Origin: an uncultured Planctomycetota bacterium
GTDB taxonomy: Bacteria; Planctomycetota; Planctomycetia; Gemmatales; Gemmataceae
Length of the DNA stretch: 64,000 nt
Reading direction: 5' to 3'
Assembly: GCA_963849325.1 (NCBI GenBank)
Contig: CAWKHF010000002.1
Location: 832,001-896,000 of the forward strand
Shown: piece after piece, positions 31,596 to 41,032 of the stretch
Numbering within the stretch: the first letter of the stretch is position 1
Layout of the letters: every line of letters starts with the position of its first letter
Translations under genes and position numbers: made by a program
The notes under the pieces: generated by a model
Told to the model about the DNA's origin: nothing
Databases searched by the model: none
Seen by the model: the letters and a program-made list of their open reading frames with translations, nothing else

Positions 31596-32990
31596 TCAGT
31601 AGGCATTGCGGTGGATGATGCCGTGGAAAAGCGTCATCCACAGGATGCGCAGATCCAGCCACGGCGTCCAGTGCGTGATATAGTAGAGGTCGTATTGCAG
31701 GCGCTTGCGTAGCGACGTGTTGCCGCGCCAGCCGTGGACCTGCGCCCAGCCGGTGATGCCGGCCTTGACGCAGTGTCGGGCCATGTAGTTGGGAATGGTT
31801 CGGCTGAACTGCTGGATGAACACCGGACGTTCCGGCCGCGGCCCCACCAGGCTCATGTCGCCCAGAAGCACGTTCCACACCTGCGGCAGTTCATCGAGAC
31901 TCGACTGGCGCAGAAACGTCCCCAGGCGCGTCCGCCGGCTGTCGTGCTTGACGGCCCACACCGCCCCCGTCTGCTGCTCGGCATCGACGCGCATGCTGCG
32001 GAACTTCAGCATGTGGAACGTCTGTCCGTTCAGCCCGCAGCGCTCCTGCCGATAAAAGATTGGCCCCGGACTGGTCAACTTGACCAGCAGCGCGATCAGT
32101 CCCATCAGCGGCGACAGCACGACCAGCCCGACCGCCGACAGCGCCACATCCATGACGCGCTTGACGACGATGTTCAGGCCGAAGTGCGGACTTTCGCGGA
32201 GACCGATCAGCGGCAGGCCGTCGAGATTGGTGGTGGTCAGCGACAGGCCGGCGAGGTTGGGCACGTCGCAGACCATGCGCACCTCGACCAGCGAGCGCGA
32301 CAGGATGGCGAAGACGCGGCGGGCGTCGTCGGTGCGGTCCAGCGGCAGGGCGACGAAGACGTGCTGGACGCCGTACTTCTGGATCAGTTCCGGCAGGTCG
32401 GCGAAGCCGCCCAGTACGTCGAGGTCGCCGGACAGCCGGCTGGTCCGTTCCTCGACGAAGCCGATGTTTTTGATGCCCAGCCAGTTGACGCGCTGCAGGG
32501 CGCGGGCCATCTTGCGAGCGCCTCGGCCGGCGCCTACGATGATCGAGTACGTCTGGTTATAGCCGCGGCTGCGCAGTGTGCGGATGATGGCCCAGGCCCC
32601 GCGCCGACCGACCAGGACCAGCGCCGCGCTGAGCACCCAGAAGAGCAGGAGGGTGGCCCGCGATTCGTAGGGGTCGTGCAGGAAGAAGATGGTCGCCATG
32701 ACCATTAGCGACAGAAGCAGGCTGCCCTTGAAGACCGCGACCATCTCTTCGCGGAAGCGGCGCAGCCGGCCGACGGTGTACTGGCCGGCCAGGCGGTAGG
32801 CGACGGCGCTGAGCAGCCACAACAGCGGCACCTGGCGCCAGCACAGGTAGAATGGCGGCGTCACCTTCTCGACCTGGAGCCAGCCGGTCTCAAAGCGCAG
32901 ATAATATGCCAGGAACCAGGCGGCCGTGGTCAGGACCAGGTCGGTGAGAAGAAAGCAAGAGCTGAGCAGCTGGCTGCGCTGATGAATCAT
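31596..32990 (-). CDS. wcaJ: Undecaprenyl-phosphate glucose phosphotransferase (WcaJ-like)
   Basis: KRVMD, KFRSM, SLDELPQ, GDMSLVGPRPE, GITGWAQV and DLYYI motifs. Confidence 0.92.
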   Translation of the reverse strand: MIHQRSQLLSSCFLLTDLVLTTAAWFLAYYLRFETGWLQVEKVTPPFYLCWRQVPLLWLLSAVAYRLAGQYTVGRLRRFREEMVAVFKGSLLLSLMVMATIFFLHDPYESRATLLLFWVLSAALVLVGRRGAWAIIRTLRSRGYNQTYSIIVGAGRGARKMARALQRVNWLGIKNIGFVEERTSRLSGDLDVLGGFADLPELIQKYGVQHVFVALPLDRTDDARRVFAILSRSLVEVRMVCDVPNLAGLSLTTTNLDGLPLIGLRESPHFGLNIVVKRVMDVALSAVGLVVLSPLMGLIALLVKLTSPGPIFYRQERCGLNGQTFHMLKFRSMRVDAEQQTGAVWAVKHDSRRTRLGTFLRQSSLDELPQVWNVLLGDMSLVGPRPERPVFIQQFSRTIPNYMARHCVKAGITGWAQVHGWRGNTSLRKRLQYDLYYITHWTPWLDLRILWMTLFHGIIHRNAY

Positions 32991-33101
32991 AACGGTCCCC
33001 GTCCGTGGGGTCAGGCCCGAAGTTCCCCTCCGTGGAACCGTGAAGTGTTAGCACGACCCCGGCAACGCTGTCAAGCCGAGGCCAGACCACAAAACCATTC
33101 C

Positions 33102-33247
33102 CACCACGGAAAACACGGAAAACACGGAAAAAAGACAAAAACCAATCAGCGCCGAACGAACATGGTGAGTGGCTCCCTTATTGTTTGTCCTGATTCGGAA
33201 CTGTATTCTTTTGTCTTTTTTCCGTGTTTTCCGTGTATTCCGTGGTG
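33102..33247. repeat. Inverted repeat with a tandem 9-mer (CACGGAAAA)x3
   Basis: CACCACGGAAAACACGGAAAACACGGAAAAAAGACAAAA ... TTTTGTCTTTTTTCCGTGTTTTCCGTGTATTCCGTGGTG. Confidence 0.92.
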
Positions 33248-33266
33248 ATTCATCTTGGGAGAGGTG

Positions 33267-33881
33267 ATGGCCGCGAATGATCTCGTGCTCGCCTTCACCG
33301 GCGCCAGTGGTGCAGTTTATGGCCTACGTCTGCTGGAAGTGCTGCTTGACGCCGGCCGCACGATCCATCTCGTCATCAGTCCGTCCGCGGTGGAAGTGAT
33401 GGAGCAAGAACTGGATCGCCACGTTCGCCTCGATCGCTTTGTCCTCGCGGACTTGCTGGGCGACAGGGTGGGCACGGTCGATGCCGAGCGAGTGTACTTT
33501 CACCCGTTCATGGACTTTCGGGCCGGCATCGCCAGCGGGTCGTTCCTGACGGGCGGCATGGTCGTCTGTCCGTGCAGCATGGGCACAACGGCGGCCATCG
33601 CGCACGGCCTCTCGCAAAACCTCATTCACCGCGCCGCCGACGTCCACCTGAAGGAACGGCGGCCCCTCATCCTGGTGCCGCGCGAGACGCCGTTGCACCT
33701 GCTCCAACTTCGCAATCTCGTTGCCTGTGCCGAGGCCGGCGCCGTCGTGATGCCGGCGATGCCCGCCTTCTACACCCGGCCGCAAACGCTCCAGGACGCC
33801 GTCGATTTCATCGTCGGCCGCGTCTGCGATCAACTCGGCATCGAACATCATCTGTCGCCGCGCTGGGGTGAGACTCCGTGA
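33267..33881 (+). CDS. ubiX: Flavin prenyltransferase UbiX
   Basis: TGASGAVYG, IASGS, PCSMGT, RAADVHLKERRPLILVPRETP and PAFY motifs. Confidence 0.95.
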   Translation: MAANDLVLAFTGASGAVYGLRLLEVLLDAGRTIHLVISPSAVEVMEQELDRHVRLDRFVLADLLGDRVGTVDAERVYFHPFMDFRAGIASGSFLTGGMVVCPCSMGTTAAIAHGLSQNLIHRAADVHLKERRPLILVPRETPLHLLQLRNLVACAEAGAVVMPAMPAFYTRPQTLQDAVDFIVGRVCDQLGIEHHLSPRWGETP

Positions 33882-33902
33882 TGAAGAGCGGCGCGGACAC
33901 TC

Positions 33903-35207
33903 TCACCGTGTCCCGATGCCGTACAGCGCGGACCGGGCACGGAGAAAGATGCGCCCGTCCGAGACAGCGGGAGAAGCGATCGTGTCGCCCTTGATCTCGT
34001 TGACGGCGAGCTTGTGGAACTGCGGCGCCGCGGCAACCACCGTGCAGAGTCCGGCGCGGTTGAGGAAATAGATCCGCCCGTCGGCGGCCAGGGGCGACGC
34101 TTTGTAATCGCCGGGCAAGCGTTCTTCCCACTTCCTTTCGCCGGTGCGGGCGTCGCAGCAGTGGACGATGCCGTTGTCGCTGACCCAGAACAACAGGTTA
34201 TCCCAGGCAACCGGAGAGGGGCTATCGGACGTGCCCTTCGTTTGCTGCCAAACAATCTCCGGTTTGTCGTCTTTCCGCTTCGGGGGGCGGACGGCGAGAA
34301 GAGGGCCGCGCATGCCCTGGGTGGCGTAGACCAGTCCATTCGCTGCGGTCGGGCCGGTGATGGTGCGCCCTCCGACAATGCCGGGCAAGGCCCAGAGCTG
34401 CTTGCCGGTCGCCGCGTCGTAGGCGTCGAGTTGGTTGCCACCCATGACCACCAGCTCCCATCGATCACCGAGCTTGTGCAGAAGGGGCGTCGTGTAGGAA
34501 TCGCACTGCTCCGCCGTTGCCTGCGTTTGTCGGGGCGTTTTCCATTTCACCGCCCCCGTTCGCTTGTCATGAGCGATCAGGTAGCTCGGTGCGAGGGAAT
34601 CGCCGAGGTCGGCGAGAGAATCCTGCATGCACACGCTGATAACCACGTCCTGGAACAGCACCGGGCTGTTGGCGTGCCCCCACCAAATCGAATACGTGCC
34701 CTCTTCCTTCTGGAGATTGCGCCGCCAGAGTTGTTTGCCATCGAAGTTGTAGGCAGCGAGGTCGCCGTTGCCGAAGTGGAAGACGACGACTTCGCCATCG
34801 GTCACCGGCGAGGGACTGGCGAGATTGTGCAGCTTGTGGAATTTCTGGTGACGGCGTTTCTCGCCGTCGGGCGTCTGCCGGTTGGCCACGCCGGTCCCCA
34901 CCTTCCGCGACCAGACGATGCGGCCGCTACTCCGGTCGATCCGCAATGCCAGCAGATCCTCCCCTTCCTGGGACGTGAGGAAGATAGCATCACACCACAC
35001 CGCCGGGGTGCTGTCGCCCTCGCCAGGGAGGCGGCACGTCCAGAGGATCTTTTCTTTTTCCGACCACTGGAGGGGTAAATGCTTTTCGGCGCTGACGCCG
35101 TCACCCCTCGGACCGCGCCACTGCGGCCAGTTGTCTCCCCGAGCCGGGATCACACCGAGAAGGAGCAAAGTCAAAAGCACGATGGAGCGCGCGGCAGCGG
35201 TGTGCAT
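33903..35207 (-). CDS. Secreted PQQ-binding-like beta-propeller protein
   Basis: NWPQWRGPRGDG; repeated SP/TP...W blades; ASPAVSDGRIFLR. Confidence 0.9.
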   Translation of the reverse strand: MHTAAARSIVLLTLLLLGVIPARGDNWPQWRGPRGDGVSAEKHLPLQWSEKEKILWTCRLPGEGDSTPAVWCDAIFLTSQEGEDLLALRIDRSSGRIVWSRKVGTGVANRQTPDGEKRRHQKFHKLHNLASPSPVTDGEVVVFHFGNGDLAAYNFDGKQLWRRNLQKEEGTYSIWWGHANSPVLFQDVVISVCMQDSLADLGDSLAPSYLIAHDKRTGAVKWKTPRQTQATAEQCDSYTTPLLHKLGDRWELVVMGGNQLDAYDAATGKQLWALPGIVGGRTITGPTAANGLVYATQGMRGPLLAVRPPKRKDDKPEIVWQQTKGTSDSPSPVAWDNLLFWVSDNGIVHCCDARTGERKWEERLPGDYKASPLAADGRIYFLNRAGLCTVVAAAPQFHKLAVNEIKGDTIASPAVSDGRIFLRARSALYGIGTR

Positions 35208-35235
35208 GCGGGATCTCCGGGCGCGGACAGGGTGG

Positions 35236-35925
35236 TCACGCCGACGACGACACGCCGATGAGGGTAAGTCCGACGGGCAAAGTGGCCTTCTTGTCGCCGG
35301 CCTTCACTTCCTGCAGATAGAACAAGACCCAGTGGTTCTCTTCCTTCTTTTCCAGCTTTGGCTCGGCTGCCGCCCCCGTGCCGGGGAACAGGAGCAGGAC
35401 GCCGGGATGGCCGTCGGTCGTCTTGCCGCTCAGCTCCTGGAGCGCCTTGGGTGCCATCGTATCGGGCTTCTTGTCCTCGGCGGCGGGCGAGAGGAGGAGA
35501 AACTCGCTGTAAGGAGCGGTGCCCATGTGATCGCCGTCCATCGGCTGGTTGGCCAGCCGCAGCGTGTACACGCCGGCGGGGATTTTCTGCTTGCGGTAGT
35601 CCGTGATTTGTTTGGGGAAGCGAATGGCGCCGAACAGGCTCGTCTCGGCGACCTCGTGGTAGGTCAGGCCGTTCTTGACCTGGGCGTCGGTGGCTCGGAT
35701 GGGCAGGTCTTTGCGGAACCACACTTCCGCGAGGACGTCGCCCTTGGCGTTGAGCAACTGAACACAGTGGTCGCCGAGTAGCTTGCGGATCGACCCTTGT
35801 ACCTCGGCGGGGGCCGCCGTCTTGTCCAAGGTCTTAACGGTATAGGGGTTGTCGGCCGCACGCAGCGGAAGGGCGGTCAACAGGAACATGCCAACCAGGC
35901 AACCCGGATTACGCCATGCCATCAA
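35236..35925 (-). CDS. Secreted hypothetical protein
   Basis: Signal peptide; DYRKQKIPAGVYTLR...QPMDGDHMGT; GHP motif. Confidence 0.75.
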   Translation of the reverse strand: MMAWRNPGCLVGMFLLTALPLRAADNPYTVKTLDKTAAPAEVQGSIRKLLGDHCVQLLNAKGDVLAEVWFRKDLPIRATDAQVKNGLTYHEVAETSLFGAIRFPKQITDYRKQKIPAGVYTLRLANQPMDGDHMGTAPYSEFLLLSPAAEDKKPDTMAPKALQELSGKTTDGHPGVLLLFPGTGAAAEPKLEKKEENHWVLFYLQEVKAGDKKATLPVGLTLIGVSSSA

Positions 35926-35942
35926 TGGGGTCTCCCGTAATA

Positions 35943-36009
35943 CGTTTAGCCGCGACGCGCAGCGGAGCGCGGGACAGACCCGCGCTCCGCTGCGCGTCGC
36001 GGCTAAACG
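35943..36009. repeat. REP-like perfect hairpin, family B copy 2 (reverse complement of 31522-31588)
   Basis: 31-bp perfect stem with loop ACAGA. Confidence 0.92.
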
Positions 36010-36020
36010 GGGAACGCGTT

Positions 36021-36683
36021 TCAGCGAATGGCGAAGGTGCCCAGGTACGCGCCGCGCCGGCCGCTGTCCTTCCAGGTGCCATCGACACCCTTGCCGGTAT
36101 AGGTGTTCTCGACGGCCAGGGCCGGCTGCACTTTCACGTCGCGGGCCAGCGGCGGGAAAAAGGCGGACTCATTGCCGCATACCTTGTCGTGCTTGTGATC
36201 CAGACAGCGCGTCTCGATGCGGGCATCGCCGGCCGTCAGCGTACCGCAGCCGCCCTCGGCGCAGTCGCAGACACTCAGGTCGATGCGGGCGCTGCGAACG
36301 GCGACGACATTGCCGAGCAGTTCGCCGCCTTGTTTCTGGGCCAGGCGGACCAGGGCGCGGCGCTGGGCCGTGGTGGCGCGCTTCTCGACGATCAGCACGG
36401 CCTTGGCTGGGCCGGTCTGCTGAGTGCCGAGCGTGTCGCTGGCCGCGACGACGGCGACGACGCCGAGTCCGTCGAGGTTGACCTTATCGAACTCGCCTTT
36501 CTCGACTTTCCAGGCCAGGATGGCGTGCTTGCCGCCGATGTTGACGTCGGCGTTGGCGAAGCAAGGGCCGGTCCAGACGTCGGTGGTGCGGGCCTCGATG
36601 TAGTGGCCGGTCAGGCCGGCGGCCGGCAACGGGGCGGCGGCGAGCGGAAGGGCAAGAGCGGCGAAGGCCAGGATGCGTTTCAT
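36021..36683 (-). CDS. Secreted Cys-rich DUF1326-like protein
   Basis: Signal peptide; GHYIEARTTDVWTGPCFAN, LDGLGVVAVV and CGNESAFFPPL. Confidence 0.72.
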   Translation of the reverse strand: MKRILAFAALALPLAAAPLPAAGLTGHYIEARTTDVWTGPCFANADVNIGGKHAILAWKVEKGEFDKVNLDGLGVVAVVAASDTLGTQQTGPAKAVLIVEKRATTAQRRALVRLAQKQGGELLGNVVAVRSARIDLSVCDCAEGGCGTLTAGDARIETRCLDHKHDKVCGNESAFFPPLARDVKVQPALAVENTYTGKGVDGTWKDSGRRGAYLGTFAIR

Positions 36684-36771
36684 CGCAGGTTTTCTCCTGT
36701 GCGAAGAGGAATTCGATCAATGGCGGGGAGTGAAACACTTCCCATCATTTTTGAGGGAAATCACGGCGCCG

Positions 36772-37725
36772 TCAAGAGGCGTTTCGCCGCGCCCAGCGGA
36801 GTTTGGCCGAACGCGAACGAGGGTTGGCCGTCCGCTCGGCCAGCGAAGCACGGAGAGGTTCGTCGGAAATGGCGTCGTAAAGGCCCGTGCGAAGCCCGTC
36901 GCGGAAGGCCGACTTGACCTGCCGATCCTCGCCGCTGTGAAAGCTAATAATCGCTCCCACACCGCCGGGAGCGAGCACTCCGGGCAGCACGCGCAGCAGC
37001 TGTTCGAGGTTGCCCCGTTCGCGGTTGACGAGGATGCGCAGCGCCTGGAAGGTCCGCGCCGCCGGGTGCAGGTTCCAGCGCCCCGGAGAGGGGTGCAACC
37101 GCCAGCGTGCGTTCGCGCCGCCGGGCTGCATCGCCTCCAGGATGACGCGCGTCACGTCGCTCGTCCGTTCGAGCGGCCCATGCTGCCGGGCCGCCACGAG
37201 GGCGGCGGCGACGCGCTCCGCCTCCGGTTCGTCGCCGAGGTCGCGCAGCGCCCGCGTCAACTCCTCCTCCGAGATGGACGCCAGCACCTGCGCCGCCGTG
37301 CGGCCGCGCGAGCGGTCCATGCGCATGTCGAGCGGGCCGTCGCGGACATAGGAGAAGCCACGCTCGGCATCGTCCACTTGCATACTCGACATGCCGAGAT
37401 CGGCGAGGATGGCCTGCACGGTCCCAATGCCTTCGGCCGCCAGGATGGCGGGCAGGGCGGCGAAGTTGCCGTGGTGCAGACGGAAGGGCAGTCCCGTCGC
37501 CGACAGGCGCTCGCGGGCGCGCGTCAGGTTCTCCGCGTCGAGATCGAGTCCGATCAGGCACCCCTCCGGCCCGGCGCGGCGCAGCAGTTCGACGGAATGC
37601 CCGGCCCAGCCGACCGTCGCATCGACGACCACCGCCCCGGGGCGCAAGGCCAGCACGGCAAGCACCTCGTCCAGCAGCACCGGACGATGTTCCCCCGGCG
37701 GTGTACTACGGCGGCCGCGAAACAT
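36772..37725 (-). CDS. rsmH: 16S rRNA m4C1402 methyltransferase RsmH
   Basis: HRPVLLDEV, DATVGWAGHS, DLGMSSMQ, PLDMRMD, FQALRILVNRE, ISFHSGEDR and NPRSRSAKLR motifs. Confidence 0.95.
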   Translation of the reverse strand: MFRGRRSTPPGEHRPVLLDEVLAVLALRPGAVVVDATVGWAGHSVELLRRAGPEGCLIGLDLDAENLTRARERLSATGLPFRLHHGNFAALPAILAAEGIGTVQAILADLGMSSMQVDDAERGFSYVRDGPLDMRMDRSRGRTAAQVLASISEEELTRALRDLGDEPEAERVAAALVAARQHGPLERTSDVTRVILEAMQPGGANARWRLHPSPGRWNLHPAARTFQALRILVNRERGNLEQLLRVLPGVLAPGGVGAIISFHSGEDRQVKSAFRDGLRTGLYDAISDEPLRASLAERTANPRSRSAKLRWARRNAS

Positions 37726-37850
37726 TCGCTTTCTCCCTCGCGCACTCCGCTTTTCCTCTTCCACGGCCTGGTGCATCCCTTTACCATGTGGCCTTACCGA
37801 TCCGCAGGCCCGCCCAGCCGAGAGCATCGGCCTTCCGACGAGAGGTCCGC

Positions 37851-39245
37851 ATGACCACGAACGGCTCGACGCCTTCCGCTTCCCCTCCTGCCGACTCGGC
37901 GGTCGTTCTCTCGACTCCCGCCAAGATCGGGGATGCCCCCTTGCCGGGGGCGCGGATGGCCCTGGTGCTGCTACTGCTCATCAACCTGTTCAACTATATC
38001 GACCGCCAGGTGCTGGCGGCCAATCTGACGCCAATCGAAGCGCAGCTGCTTCCGAAGGGGGCCATCGACAACAACGAACGTCTCGGCAACCTGGCCCTGG
38101 CGTTCATGGTCTCCTACATGCTCATCGCGCCCCTGTTTGGCTGGCTGGCTGACCGTATGCCGCGCTGGCGCCTGGTGGGGATTGGCGTCATCCTGTGGAG
38201 CCTGGCCAGCGGCGCCTCGGGCCTGGCGGGGACGGCCGGTCCCTTCGCCCACCTGGGGGGAATGTACGCGGTCGTCGGCACGTTTACGTTCTTGTTGTGT
38301 ACCCGCTGCTTCGTCGGCATCGGCGAGGCCGCCTACGGGCCGGTGGCGCCGACTGTCCTCTCGGACCTTTACCCGGTCAAGGTCCGCGGCAGCGTCCTGG
38401 CCTGGTTCTATGCAGCCATCCCCGTCGGAGGCGCCCTGGGCTATGCATTCGGCGGCCTGCTCGGTTGGCCGTGGGCGTTTTACTGGGTCGTGCCGCCGGG
38501 CCTCTTGCTCGGCCTGTGGTGTTTTTGGATGCCGGAACCCCCGAAGGGATTAGTGGACCTCCATCACGGCATCCCCGCTCGCCGCCCCACCCCGAAGGAT
38601 TATCTCGTTCTCTTTCGCACCCCTTCCTACGTGCTGGATTGCCTCGGCATGTCGGCCATGACTTTCGCCGTGGGCGGCATCGCCCATTTCATGCCGCACT
38701 ACATCCACGGGACCAAGGGTGTCGAGGATCTCGCTCAGATCAATATCCTCTTCGGCGCCATCGTGGTCGTCTCCGGTTTGAGCGCTACCCTGCTGGGCGG
38801 GACCGCCGGCGACCGTTTGCGGGCTCGTTTCTCCGGATCGTACTTTCTGGTCTCGGGCGTCCCGATGCTGTTGGCGTTCCCCTGCTTTCTCGGCGTGCTG
38901 ATGCTGGATTTCCCGCTCGCCTGGATTTTCATCTTCCTCACGTGTTTCTGTCTCTTCTTCAACACCGGCCCCAGCAACACGATCCTGGCCAACGTCACGC
39001 ACCCGGCGATCCGAGCCCAGGGTTTTGCCCTGAACATTCTCATCATCCACCTTCTGGGCGACGCCATCTCGCCGACGATCATCGGCCGCATCGCTGCCCT
39101 CTACGCCAAGGATGGGCAGTCGAATTTGACCGCCGGCTTTTTTGGCGTGTCGCTGCTTATTCTGGCGGGGGGCGTGTTCTGGCTGGCCGGGATCCCCTTC
39201 CTGGCCCGCGACACCGCCCTCGCTCCGCACCGCCTCGGCGACTGA
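37851..39245 (+). CDS. MFS transporter (spinster-like)
   Basis: INLFNYIDRQ, GWLADR, RCFVGIGEAAY and HLLGDAISP motifs; GAGG RBS. Confidence 0.9.
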   Translation: MTTNGSTPSASPPADSAVVLSTPAKIGDAPLPGARMALVLLLLINLFNYIDRQVLAANLTPIEAQLLPKGAIDNNERLGNLALAFMVSYMLIAPLFGWLADRMPRWRLVGIGVILWSLASGASGLAGTAGPFAHLGGMYAVVGTFTFLLCTRCFVGIGEAAYGPVAPTVLSDLYPVKVRGSVLAWFYAAIPVGGALGYAFGGLLGWPWAFYWVVPPGLLLGLWCFWMPEPPKGLVDLHHGIPARRPTPKDYLVLFRTPSYVLDCLGMSAMTFAVGGIAHFMPHYIHGTKGVEDLAQINILFGAIVVVSGLSATLLGGTAGDRLRARFSGSYFLVSGVPMLLAFPCFLGVLMLDFPLAWIFIFLTCFCLFFNTGPSNTILANVTHPAIRAQGFALNILIIHLLGDAISPTIIGRIAALYAKDGQSNLTAGFFGVSLLILAGGVFWLAGIPFLARDTALAPHRLGD

Positions 39246-39270
39246 CAGCGACTCGTCGCCTCGCCCTCTC

Positions 39271-39299
39271 TTGCCCCCCTTCGGCCGCGTTCCTATAGT
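39271..39299 (+). promoter_or_regulatory. Putative sigma70 promoter of the nuo operon
   Basis: TTGCCC-N17-TATAGT. Confidence 0.55.
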
Positions 39300-39324
39300 A
39301 GCAGCGAAGGGAGTCAGCGCCCGT

Positions 39325-39353
39325 CCTCGACACTTCGGTCGAGGTTTCTTTTT
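39325..39353 (+). terminator. Intrinsic-terminator-like hairpin with T tract upstream of nuoA
   Basis: CCTCGAC-ACTTCG-GTCGAGG-TTTCTTTTT. Confidence 0.55.
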
Positions 39354-39361
39354 GAACTACA

Positions 39362-39379
39362 TTGTGAAAAAAGTCACGA
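39362..39379. promoter_or_regulatory. Rex-type (or CRP/FNR-type) operator upstream of nuoA
   Basis: TTGTGAA-AAAA-GTCACGA matches the Rex consensus TTGTGAA-N4-TTCACAA at 12/14, and also fits TGTGA-N6-TCAC. Confidence 0.6.
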
Positions 39380-39391
39380 AGTAGGCCCGAG

Positions 39392-39799
39392 ATGGATTTC
39401 ACCTTATCGACTTACTATCCGATCTTCCTGTTCTTGCTGGTGATCGTCGGCTTTGCCGTGTCGGCGCTGGCGGCGACGCACTTGCTGGGACCGCAGCGGA
39501 AAACGCCGGTCAAGCAGATGCCTTACGAATCGGGCATGGACCCGATCGGCGACGCCCGCCAGCGCTTTGATGTCAAGTTCTACCTGATCGCCATCCTCTT
39601 CCTCGTCTTCGACGTAGAATTGCTGTTTTTGTATCCGTGGGCGGCCCTGTATCCGTGGCCGAGCGCGTCCGGCGAGCCGGGTTCGGTCCTGCCGGTCGAA
39701 CTGTATAACCTCGTCTTCTGGGAAGTGCTGGTATTCCTGGCGACGGTGGTGATCGCCTACGTCTATGCCTGGCGGAGAGGGGTGTTCCGATGGCGGTAG
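39392..39799 (+). CDS. nuoA: NADH-quinone oxidoreductase subunit A
   Basis: PYESGMDP and [22 protein letters not shown] motifs. Confidence 0.96.
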   Translation: MDFTLSTYYPIFLFLLVIVGFAVSALAATHLLGPQRKTPVKQMPYESGMDPIGDARQRFDVKFYLIAILFLVFDVELLFLYPWAALYPWPSASGEPGSVLPVELYNLVFWEVLVFLATVVIAYVYAWRRGVFRWR

Positions 39800-40398
39800 G
39801 TGGATTGTCCGAGAGCGTCATGCTGACGCAGTTGGACCAGTTGGCCAACTGGGTGCGCAAGAACAGTCTGTGGCCGATGCCGTTCGCCACGGCCTGCTGC
39901 GGCATCGAGTTGATGGCCACCGGCGCGTCGCGGCACGACATCGCTCGTTTCGGCGCCGAGGCCATGCGTTTCTCGCCGCGACAATGCGACCTGATGATCG
40001 TGGCCGGCCGGGTGGCGATGAAGATGCTGCCGGTGCTGCAACGCATCTGGCTGCAAATGCCGGAGCCGAAGTGGTGCATCTCGATGGGCGCCTGCGCCTC
40101 CTCGGGCGGCGTGTTCGACACTTATGCCGTGGTGCAGGGCGTCGATCGCTTCATTCCGGTCGATGTCTACGTGCCCGGCTGTCCGCCGCGGCCGGAGCAG
40201 TTGTTGCAGTCGGTGATCGACTTGCAAGCGAAGATCCAGCGCACCGGCACCATCACGGGCAAGGAGTTTCGGCAGACGGGACTCTGCCCGCACGCGCCCG
40301 GGCCGTTGGCCTTGGAGGTCCCGCCCGGCGAGAAGATGGTGGCTCCCGGTGATTTCGCCTCGGCAACGCGCTTGCAGCAGCAAGCGCATAAGAATTAA
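39790..40398 (+). CDS. nuoB: NADH-quinone oxidoreductase subunit B
   Basis: [24 protein letters not shown] and VPGCPPRPE motifs. Confidence 0.97.
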   Translation: MAVGGLSESVMLTQLDQLANWVRKNSLWPMPFATACCGIELMATGASRHDIARFGAEAMRFSPRQCDLMIVAGRVAMKMLPVLQRIWLQMPEPKWCISMGACASSGGVFDTYAVVQGVDRFIPVDVYVPGCPPRPEQLLQSVIDLQAKIQRTGTITGKEFRQTGLCPHAPGPLALEVPPGEKMVAPGDFASATRLQQQAHKN

Positions 40399-40508
40399 CC
40401 ACAGATGAACACAGATGAACACGGATGGGAAAGCAAAATGGAAACGGAGAAGGTTTGGAAGTGAATATAAAATATCTTTTTGTTTTTTATCCGTGTTCAT
40501 CTGTGGTT
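40397..40508. repeat. Inverted repeat with a tandem 10-mer (CACAGATGAA) between nuoB and nuoC
   Basis: AACCACAGATGAACACAGATGAACACGGAT, an AT-rich spacer, then ATCCGTGTTCATCTGTGGTT. Confidence 0.9.
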
Positions 40509-40528
40509 CATTCTTCGGAGTGCGGGTC

Positions 40529-41032
40529 ATGACGCCTGACGAGGTCGTCAACAAGCTGCGTGAGAAGTTCGGTGCCGATGGCTTCACGACTTCCGACTTC
40601 CGCGACAATCGCCGGATCATCGTCCCGGCCGAGCGCATCTATGCGGTGTTGGAGTATCTCAAGCAGCCATGCGGCTTCGATTTGCTTGCCGAGTTGGGTG
40701 GGGCCGACTATCTGCAATACCCGGATGCAAGAGACCGCTATGGTGTGTGGTATGTGTTGGTCAACACGACTACGGGGGTCCGTCTCATCATCAAGACGTT
40801 CGCCAACGATCCGGAACCGACTTTGCCGTCGGTTTTCGCGCTGTGGAAGGGCGCCGATTGGATGGAGCGCGAAGTCTACGATATGTATGGTGTCATTTTC
40901 GACGGCCATCCCGACCTGCGCCGCATCCTGATGCCCGATGAATTCACCGCCTTCCCACTGCGCAAGGACTATCCGATGCGTGGCCGAGGCGAGCGCCACA
41001 ATTTTCCGACCATCACGCGGCCCGAGTCGTGA
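40529..41032 (+). CDS. nuoC: NADH-quinone oxidoreductase subunit C
   Basis: WMEREVYDMYG..FDGHPDLRRILM...PLRKDYP motif. Confidence 0.95.
   Translation: MTPDEVVNKLREKFGADGFTTSDFRDNRRIIVPAERIYAVLEYLKQPCGFDLLAELGGADYLQYPDARDRYGVWYVLVNTTTGVRLIIKTFANDPEPTLPSVFALWKGADWMEREVYDMYGVIFDGHPDLRRILMPDEFTAFPLRKDYPMRGRGERHNFPTITRPES

Noticed and set aside
36772-37725. rsmH outside an mraZ/dcw cluster
   Set aside because: Planctomycetes commonly lack a canonical dcw cluster arrangement, so this is expected.
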